Part shown: piece after piece, positions 16,411 through 23,868 of the stretch
How the letters are laid out: every line of letters begins with the position of its first letter
How positions within the stretch are numbered: position 1 is the stretch's first letter
NCBI GenBank assembly: GCA_048882505.1
Contig: JBHLRO010000001.1
Coordinates: 330,001-362,000, forward strand
DNA: 32,000 nucleotides
Reading direction: 5' to 3'
Source: Candidatus Thorarchaeota archaeon
GTDB lineage: Archaea > Asgardarchaeota > Heimdallarchaeia > Hodarchaeales > Hodarchaeaceae
Program-made: the position numbers and the translations under genes
Notes under the pieces: generated by a model
What the model saw: the letters and a program-made list of their open reading frames with translations, nothing else
Database searches by the model: none
What the model was told of the DNA's origin: nothing

Positions 16411-17670
16411 ATGACTGAGAAGGAATTCGCGACGAGAGCGGTACACGCAGGTTACGTACCTGATCCAACGACTGGCGCTATCACTCCGCCAATCTACCAA
16501 ACATCTACATATGTACTCCCCAAATTGGGAGCTAATTTGGGTTATGACTATTCACGCACGTCTAATCCGACTCGGACGGTTTTAGAGAGCCTGTTAGCCG
16601 ATTTAGAAGGATCTTCTTATGGGGTTGCTTTTTCTACTGGTATGGCCGCGGTCGATGCTGTGATCAGAGCACGATTAAAATCGGGTGACCATGTCGTGGT
16701 TTTCGATGACGCCTATGGCGGGGTCTATCGTTTGTTTGAACAAAATTACAGGAAGTTCAGTTTGGATTTCACGTATGTTGATATGAGAAACGCGGAGAGC
16801 GTAAAAGAAGCAGTTCAGGCAAGTACTAGATTGATATGGTTGGAAACACCTACTAATCCACTGTTAAAGGTGGCAGATGTAGAAGCTATTTCTAAGATTG
16901 CTGCGGAGGAAAACAAGGCTAGAGAACCTCATGAAAAAATTCTAACAGCAATTGACAACACCTTTATGACCCCATATTTCCTGAAACCTTTCAAGTACGG
17001 AGCGGACATTAGTCTCCATTCGACCACCAAATTTCTTTCAGGACACAATCAATTGGTAGGAGGTTTCATCGCGGTACGTGACGATCCCTCACGGTGGTAT
17101 TATCAAGAACAGCCTGTGGTCGACGCTTCTGGGCGTTCAGTCGGGGAAGAAACAGAATTGGTAAATACTGTTTACCAGGATCTAAAATTTATACAGAATG
17201 CTGTCGGCGCAGTCCCAGGGCCATTCGATTGTTGGTTAACAATAATGGGGGTTAAAACGCTCCCTCTCCGTATGGCTCAGCACGATTCTAATGCCCAAAA
17301 AATCGTTGAATATCTCCTAGCTCATCCCAAGGTGTCCCAAGTCAATTATCCTGGTATTTCCTCGCATCAAAATCATGAGATCGCGAAATCTCAGATGTCT
17401 GGATTCGGCGGCATGCTCTCATTTGAATTAAAAGGTGGACTAGAAGCTGGTACAAAACTTATGAATGGAGTGAAACTTTGGGCATTGGCTGAATCGCTAG
17501 GCGCTGTTGAGTCAATGATCACTCATCCTGCAACAATGACTCATGCATCGGTACCTCCTGAGGTTCGTTATGCCCGGGGGATCTCAGATGGACTCGTAAG
17601 ATTAAGCGTAGGAATTGAAGCTCCAAATGATTTGATTGCTGATTTAGACCAGGCATTATCCCGAATCTGA
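16411..17670 (+). CDS. Cystathionine gamma-lyase/synthase (Cys/Met metabolism PLP family)
   Basis: PIYQTSTY, YSRTSNPTR, FSTGMAA, LETPTNP, DNTF, HSTTKF, AESLGAVES, RLSVGIE. Confidence 0.92.
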   Translation: MTEKEFATRAVHAGYVPDPTTGAITPPIYQTSTYVLPKLGANLGYDYSRTSNPTRTVLESLLADLEGSSYGVAFSTGMAAVDAVIRARLKSGDHVVVFDDAYGGVYRLFEQNYRKFSLDFTYVDMRNAESVKEAVQASTRLIWLETPTNPLLKVADVEAISKIAAEENKAREPHEKILTAIDNTFMTPYFLKPFKYGADISLHSTTKFLSGHNQLVGGFIAVRDDPSRWYYQEQPVVDASGRSVGEETELVNTVYQDLKFIQNAVGAVPGPFDCWLTIMGVKTLPLRMAQHDSNAQKIVEYLLAHPKVSQVNYPGISSHQNHEIAKSQMSGFGGMLSFELKGGLEAGTKLMNGVKLWALAESLGAVESMITHPATMTHASVPPEVRYARGISDGLVRLSVGIEAPNDLIADLDQALSRI

Positions 17671-17693
17671 GTCCTTATGGAAAAGGGGGAGGA

Positions 17694-18416
17694 TTAAGAC
17701 TTACATAAACTCCTTAGAAAGTCGTCAAACAGCTCTGGCTCATGCAGCTCCGGGGTATGGGTTGGGGGGATCTTTCGATTCTCCCTAGTTGTAAATTTTT
17801 TCGCAAAAGATGATTTTCCGATAGTATACATCCGTAATTGCGGAACTTCGTCCACAAATATGGAATGACCTGCAAAAGGGATCACTGGATCCATAACATC
17901 CCACAGAATGTTGAGAGGTTTATTCCATCCGCGAATCAAGAACCTATTTTTCTCCCCTCCCGAAGGTGCGATTAGACCTAAACCTGAAATTATCTTTGGT
18001 AATCGTTGAATCAGTTGCAGAGCGATTTGACCTCCGTACGATCTTCCAATAAGGATTAGCTCCTGAATCCCAAACCGTTTTGATATACTCTGTATAGAAT
18101 AGGTTGATGCATCTAGATGATCCTGATGGGAGACCTTGGGGCGGGAATGTGGAAGTGTCGATTTACCATGGCTTAATCGATCCATTAAAATCGGATTACA
18201 GTTGTCCAAAATGCGAGCCAAAAGAGGTTCCCAAAAGTCCGTATTCTGGGTTTTCCTGCTTGCCCCATGTAGGAAAAAAGCATAGGACTTATCACTAGTG
18301 GGCCTACTAGGTACTTTAAGATGGATTTTTCCAAGTGAATGGTTCAAAAATAGCGAAATTAACCGCATGAGATAAGCAATCAAAGAAATTCGTAAGTTTC
18401 TATTTTCTTTTTGCAT
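17694..18416 (-). CDS. Alpha/beta hydrolase
   Basis: FFLHGAS, nucleophile elbow GRSYGG, candidate Asp (WDVMDPVIP) and His (THTPE). Start uncertain. Confidence 0.8.
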   Translation of the reverse strand: MQKENRNLRISLIAYLMRLISLFLNHSLGKIHLKVPSRPTSDKSYAFFLHGASRKTQNTDFWEPLLARILDNCNPILMDRLSHGKSTLPHSRPKVSHQDHLDASTYSIQSISKRFGIQELILIGRSYGGQIALQLIQRLPKIISGLGLIAPSGGEKNRFLIRGWNKPLNILWDVMDPVIPFAGHSIFVDEVPQLRMYTIGKSSFAKKFTTRENRKIPPTHTPELHEPELFDDFLRSLCKS

Positions 18417-18606
18417 CGACCTTCCAATGGAGCGAAATTGGATGGTCAGTTTTTCGGTCTCAAAATCACCTTTCCACTATCTATGCTTTTAAAAAGGACG
18501 GATCAGGGTTCAAATCGCCATTAATATGATCATTATTCTTCAATTAGTCTTCTAATTACGATTTTAAAAATGAAAGAATTCTGAAATTTTGGTAGGTGAA
18601 GAATCA

Positions 18607-19404
18607 TTGAGTATTGTGGAAACAAATGGGTTAACCAAACGATTCAACAATGTAGTTGCTCTAAATGACGTTTCGGTGAGGATCCAGAAGGGCGAAGTCT
18701 TTGGTTTACTTGGTCCGAATGGTGCGGGGAAAACAACCCTTATTCGGATATTGATTGGACTATTGAAGCCAACCAGTGGGCAGGCGAAAGTTTTCGGGTT
18801 TGATGTGGAAAAAAATGTTATGGCTATTCGAAAACGCGCAAGCCTATTACCCCAGGAAGCAGAAGTTTATGAAAATCTAACTGCTAAAGAAAATATTCTC
18901 TATTACGGCCAGATTTACGGGAACATGCCGAGCGAAGAGGTTAATCAAAGGACCACAGAGTTGGTATCATTAATTGGATTAGAGAGTCGGCAAAATGATG
19001 TCACCAAAAAATTCTCTGGGGGGATGAAACGAAAGGTGCTCGTTGCTAGGTCAATGGTCATGGATCCTGATTTATTATTTCTAGATGAACCCACGACGGG
19101 GATTGATATTCTCGGGGCTCGCACGGTAAGAAATCTAATTAATAGACTGTCTAAGGAACTCCATAAGACCATAATCCTTACCACACACGATTTGAGCGAA
19201 GTGGATGAACTTTGCGATCGAGTCGGAATTATGGTTAAAGGGAAACTTAAGGCGGTGGGGCGACCCAGTGAGCTTGAAACCCAGTTTCAGAAAGCGGGCT
19301 TGGAAGACGTATTTATTGGGTTAACGACGGGTGAAGGGATATTGGAGGAAGATCAGGTAATACCCGAGAAGAAGAGTAGACTTCTACGAATTCTTGGAAG
19401 GTGA
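18607..19404 (+). CDS. ABC-2 type exporter ATP-binding subunit
   Basis: Walker A GPNGAGKTT, signature FSGGMKRK, Walker B LFLDEPT, TTHDL. TTG 18607 follows an AGGTGA RBS (track start 18589). Confidence 0.93.
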   Translation: MSIVETNGLTKRFNNVVALNDVSVRIQKGEVFGLLGPNGAGKTTLIRILIGLLKPTSGQAKVFGFDVEKNVMAIRKRASLLPQEAEVYENLTAKENILYYGQIYGNMPSEEVNQRTTELVSLIGLESRQNDVTKKFSGGMKRKVLVARSMVMDPDLLFLDEPTTGIDILGARTVRNLINRLSKELHKTIILTTHDLSEVDELCDRVGIMVKGKLKAVGRPSELETQFQKAGLEDVFIGLTTGEGILEEDQVIPEKKSRLLRILGR

Positions 19405-20729
19405 TAACAAAGATGAATCCTCTAAACCAGATCTATTCATTAACTAAACAGGAACTACGCATTGCAAGCAGGACCCGGTATATAGTTCTTACCTTCATGT
19501 TGATGCCCCTAGCCATGTGGGGGCTTCAAGGTGGAGTTCAAATACTCATTGGCGCCTCACTCACAGATTCTCAACAGGGAGCAACAATCTTCGCTGTGAA
19601 TTTTGATGAAGGAAATGGAACTCATTCTCTTGGAAATGAATTCATTGGCGCTCTGATTGATGAAACACAACGTAACGGATCCATACTGTTCGGTGCAACC
19701 ATAGATAATACTTCCTATACGAGCAGTACGCACACACATTCAGAGCTGGGAATTTTGCTAAACGATTCTACAAAAGCGAAGGCCATGACGCCCATGATTA
19801 TTATTCCATCGGGATTCACTGCTGCTTACACGAACTTTCCAGGCCCCGTTCCAACGATTGAAATGTACTCCTTTCCAGGTGGCATTTTGGGTTCTTCGTT
19901 ACTAAATGCTGCTGTTATATCTGTCGCTTCCTCTGAACCTTTTACCATTGTTAATGTTGAGAAAGTAGTTCAGGTCAAACAAACGACGATCGTATTTGAA
20001 GGGGAAGAATCGGCTGCTTCTGGATTTGGAGCTGGTTTCATAGGAATGTTTTCAGTGATTATTGCAGTAATGGCGCCCGCGCCATTTGTTGCAACATCAT
20101 TTGCAGGAGAACGCGAAAAGAAGACCTTGGAATCGTTGCTTGCGCTACCAATCGGTCGATTCAACATTTTGGTGGGGAAGCTGATAGCGGGTATGGTTCT
20201 GGTTGGGATCTTTTCACTTATGAATATAGTGGGGTTGGGAATGTTCGCATTTTTGTTAAGTTCCCAGGTTACGGCAGGCCAAATCGGTGATAGCTATTCC
20301 TCGGTTTTTTCGATAGATTTTGGATTAAATCTCATTATGTTGGTGGCGTTAACCATGTTTCTTTCAGCCTTTGTATCAATGGGTATTGGGATTTCTGTGG
20401 CAAGCCTTACGAAAGATGTCCGATCATCTGAGTCGCTTTATAATCTCACCATGCTCTTGCCAAGCCTTCTGGTTGGAATGACCGGTTTATTCGGAGCTTT
20501 GCCAGAAGAATCATTTGGTGGGGCAGGTATATTGCTTTACATCATTCCATGGAGTCATGCCATGGCAATCCTGTCGAAAGGTCTTTATCCCCAAACATAT
20601 GGGTCGCGTGCTTTGACTGGTAGCATTGCAACAGATCTTCTATTTCATCTGGGGTATTTGGTGATTGTCATATTGATCTGCCTCTTCATCGCCTCAAAAG
20701 TATTCGACCGCGAAGGGATCCTTTCCTGA
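19401..20729 (+). CDS. ABC-2 type exporter permease (NatB-like)
   Basis: Overlaps the ATPase stop (GTGA). N-terminal TM, large extracellular loop, SFAGEREKKTLESLLALPI.R..IL.GK, five further TMs. Confidence 0.9.
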   Translation: MITKMNPLNQIYSLTKQELRIASRTRYIVLTFMLMPLAMWGLQGGVQILIGASLTDSQQGATIFAVNFDEGNGTHSLGNEFIGALIDETQRNGSILFGATIDNTSYTSSTHTHSELGILLNDSTKAKAMTPMIIIPSGFTAAYTNFPGPVPTIEMYSFPGGILGSSLLNAAVISVASSEPFTIVNVEKVVQVKQTTIVFEGEESAASGFGAGFIGMFSVIIAVMAPAPFVATSFAGEREKKTLESLLALPIGRFNILVGKLIAGMVLVGIFSLMNIVGLGMFAFLLSSQVTAGQIGDSYSSVFSIDFGLNLIMLVALTMFLSAFVSMGIGISVASLTKDVRSSESLYNLTMLLPSLLVGMTGLFGALPEESFGGAGILLYIIPWSHAMAILSKGLYPQTYGSRALTGSIATDLLFHLGYLVIVILICLFIASKVFDREGILS

Positions 20730-20737
20730 TCCCTGGC

Positions 20738-20753
20738 TTTTTTTCTTTTTTTT
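20738..20753 (+). terminator. T-rich archaeal-type terminator
   Basis: T7-C-T8 run 9 nt after the permease stop codon. Confidence 0.6.
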
Positions 20754-21078
20754 GCCCGTAAAATTAAATCTTTAACCAGAAAGGCAGATTTGGTTCTCTT
20801 CTTTCGATTCCAACCAAGAACTAACTCAAGTTACGCAATCTGGATGACAGTTGTTTCAAACAAGACGCTCTGATCTGCAACAGCCATCGACGATAAGAGT
20901 GAAATGCTTTCTGCATCTACTTCAGGTTACATATTTCGTTTATCATTTCTTCCTAAAAGCCATCAATCTGAATAAATTCAGAGTTCTTGACTCAGCCTAG
21001 CGAACAATATCGCTCAATAATGTTCTTAATAGAACTGCATCAATTTGTCATTTAGTAGGAAGTTTTCGAGGCGATTTT

Positions 21079-21999
21079 CTGATTAAATACATTTTATTAA
21101 CTAATAAGGGGCTCTATGCTCCCAACAAGGATGGTACATACTCCATCACATCGAGCGATAAGGCATTTATCCATGGAGACGTAAATGGAAGGCAGATGGC
21201 TCTTATTGTTGAAGGAAACGAAGTTTGGGTTGGTAATTTCGAAAGAGGTTGGGAACCGATTCTGAAAAGCAACTTGAAATTACGGTGTATTCAATGGTTC
21301 AGTAAGAACCGATTACTAGTTGGGACTGCTGGTGCCAGATTGGCATGGATTAAAGACGGAAAATTGGATTTTATTTCCGGTTTTGATAACATTAAGGAAA
21401 GGCGAACCTGGAACACCCCCTGGGGAGGTCCACCCGATATCAGATCAATTGCTATTTCTGGAAATTCCAATATCTATGCCAATATTCACGTAGGATGGAT
21501 CGGTAGGTCGTTTGATTCAGGTAAAACATGGAAGAACATCCAGAATGGATTAGAAAAAGATGTACATCAGGTGGCGACTCACCCAACCCGCGAGGAGGTT
21601 GTTTTTGCTGCTACTGCTTGGGGTTTTCATGTTAGCTTCGATTATGGAGAATCCTTTGTTAGAAAATGGAAGGATATGCCACTAAATTACCAACGAGCCA
21701 CGATTTGCTTCCCAAATGATGATATTTACGTTGTATCGGTTGCACGCGGCTCGTATGGACGAAATGCACAACTATATTGGACCGACACGTCTGGTGATAC
21801 GTGGCAACAGGCCTCTGGACTTCCGATCGACATAGAGAAGAACATCGATACGTATCAATTAGGTCGAATCGGATCCAAGAGAGGTTTGGTCGTAATTGAG
21901 AATAATCAGCTTTACGGAACAGAAGATCAAGGAAAATCTTGGAAAAAGATCACGATAATTCCCCCACGTGTTAATCAGGTTCTTGCCTTATTAGAGTAG
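21079..21999 (+). CDS. BNR/Asp-box repeat beta-propeller protein
   Basis: Asp-box-like repeats RSFDSGKTW, VSFDYGESF, WTDTSGDTW, GTEDQGKSW. The frame is open upstream of ATG 21196; proposed CTG start at 21079 after GAGG. Confidence 0.75.
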   Translation: MIKYILLTNKGLYAPNKDGTYSITSSDKAFIHGDVNGRQMALIVEGNEVWVGNFERGWEPILKSNLKLRCIQWFSKNRLLVGTAGARLAWIKDGKLDFISGFDNIKERRTWNTPWGGPPDIRSIAISGNSNIYANIHVGWIGRSFDSGKTWKNIQNGLEKDVHQVATHPTREEVVFAATAWGFHVSFDYGESFVRKWKDMPLNYQRATICFPNDDIYVVSVARGSYGRNAQLYWTDTSGDTWQQASGLPIDIEKNIDTYQLGRIGSKRGLVVIENNQLYGTEDQGKSWKKITIIPPRVNQVLALLE

Positions 22000-22019
22000 A
22001 ATATCAGGGAAGCTATAAT

Positions 22020-23834
22020 TTGTCCCAGAATGAAACAAAGAATAAAAGCCTGGGTCAATATTTTACACCACGTTATGTTGCAGAGTTTATGACAAATCTC
22101 ATTTCATGTTCCTCACCAAGATCAATTATCGAACCCGCGGCAGGAACAGGGATTTTTCTTCAGGTGATTTCTGAACGTTTTGTTGAAACTGAAACTATCG
22201 GGATTGAAATCGACTCGACCTTGCCAAACAAGTCGGATTGTCCCGTGATCTATCAAGATTTTTTTGATTATCCTTTGAGCCACAAGTTTTCCATTGTTAT
22301 AGGGAATCCACCTTATGTTAGGTGGAAACATCAGTCACGAGACAAGAGAAAAAGGCTGTCAGAAAGATCTTTCTGGGGTAAACGGATGAACGGTCTAACA
22401 GACTTGCTTCAACCTTTTATCTTCAAATCTGTGGATCATTTGGAAGAAAATGGTGAACTAATCTTTATAACACCGAAATTCTGGCAGCAAACAATTCATT
22501 CATGCCCTTTACGCGACTATTTATTGTCTCAGGGGCAACTTGAACTTGTTATTGATTTCAACGAAAAAATAATATTTCCCCGTGCTTCTCTTAATCTAAT
22601 CATATTCAAATTCGTCAAAAATGCGGAAAATAAATTCATTAAATACGTTCAATTTAAGAAAAAAGGGCGTTTGACTCCAAGCCAGCTCGATCGTGCTAAC
22701 AGGCTCCTGTTTCAGCTTGAGACGATTTCTGTGGAAGAAACGTTTGAAGAGGAAGAGATGAGAGCGTATTGGGCTGCAGCACCAGAGGATCCAATCAAAT
22801 GGACATTTTATCCCATAGAAATCAAGAGACTCATCGCCCAGATAAACGAATCATGCACATATTCCCCTTTAGTGCAATGTCAACAAGGGGGGAGGAGGGC
22901 AAAATTTTCATTGACTCAATTGTATACCAAGGACGATATCATTCGTTTTTCTTTAAAGGAAAATAATTTAGTGGATACCTTATTTAATAATAGAACGTAT
23001 TTCGCCCATCGGGCGATAAAGCCGCTTAATTCCTTCGTTCCCAACCTAAAGAATTCCGTTCCTGAATCTTTACCTAAACGCCCTGTTAGATTGGGGGATA
23101 TTGCGGAGATAGGGAATGGAATGGTTTCGGGATTAGATAAGGCCTTCCTTAGGGATCGTAATACTCGTTTGTTACCTCAGGAGAAGAATTATGTAATAAA
23201 GGTTATAAAAGCCAGAACTCTAGACCGTTTCCTGGTAGGTAAGCCGACGGATTACATTTTTATTGAACAACATTCGTTTTCAGATGAATTGGAATTGAAG
23301 GGCCACCTTCCTAATATCTTCCAAATGCTCATTCCGTATAAGGATCAGCTCAAAAATCGATGGACCCCCCACCCTCTACCCTGGTGGACATGGGCATTCC
23401 CTCGAAACAAGAATCTGATCGAAGAGAACCCAAAGAAAATCTTCGTGCCCTGCAAAGAAAGAATTGACAGAAGAGGATTCATCCGTTTTGCATACGATGA
23501 CCAGGGTTATTATGCAACTCAAGATACCACTGTAATCATAAAGGATGAATGGGTAAAGGAATCTGACGAATACTTACTGGCTTACCTAAACTCCAGCCAG
23601 ATTTTTCAATTCCTAGAAAATGAGGGATTTAGGCGGGGAGGAGTACTGGAATTTTCAGAAAAGCCTCTTTCTGAGATTCCTATCAGGTTAATTAATTGGC
23701 AAAGAGATGAGGAAGTCGAGATTCATAACGAAATCTCCAAACAAGTAGCCAAATTCAGGAAACGATCGTCTCCGGACTTTGTTGAAGAAATAGTTTCGAC
23801 TAATGATGAATTACTGAAGCAACTCCTAAATTAA
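22020..23834 (+). CDS. Gamma-class N6-adenine DNA methyltransferase (M.TaqI/Eco57I-like) with C-terminal specificity domain
   Basis: LGQYFTP, IIEPAAGTGIF, GIEID, IGNPPY (22305-22316), LGDIAEIGNG..SG.D.AF, YLLAYLNS, LSEIPI. TTG start after AGGGA. No nuclease domain seen. Confidence 0.9.
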   Translation: MSQNETKNKSLGQYFTPRYVAEFMTNLISCSSPRSIIEPAAGTGIFLQVISERFVETETIGIEIDSTLPNKSDCPVIYQDFFDYPLSHKFSIVIGNPPYVRWKHQSRDKRKRLSERSFWGKRMNGLTDLLQPFIFKSVDHLEENGELIFITPKFWQQTIHSCPLRDYLLSQGQLELVIDFNEKIIFPRASLNLIIFKFVKNAENKFIKYVQFKKKGRLTPSQLDRANRLLFQLETISVEETFEEEEMRAYWAAAPEDPIKWTFYPIEIKRLIAQINESCTYSPLVQCQQGGRRAKFSLTQLYTKDDIIRFSLKENNLVDTLFNNRTYFAHRAIKPLNSFVPNLKNSVPESLPKRPVRLGDIAEIGNGMVSGLDKAFLRDRNTRLLPQEKNYVIKVIKARTLDRFLVGKPTDYIFIEQHSFSDELELKGHLPNIFQMLIPYKDQLKNRWTPHPLPWWTWAFPRNKNLIEENPKKIFVPCKERIDRRGFIRFAYDDQGYYATQDTTVIIKDEWVKESDEYLLAYLNSSQIFQFLENEGFRRGGVLEFSEKPLSEIPIRLINWQRDEEVEIHNEISKQVAKFRKRSSPDFVEEIVSTNDELLKQLLN

Positions 23835-23868
23835 CCATAAATGCAGCGTACATCGGAAGCGAGGCAAA

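Noticed and set aside
18504-18520. tRNA T-loop-like GGTTCAAATC...CCA
   Set aside because: The flanks (CAGG/GCCA) cannot form a T-stem, and no D or anticodon arms are present.
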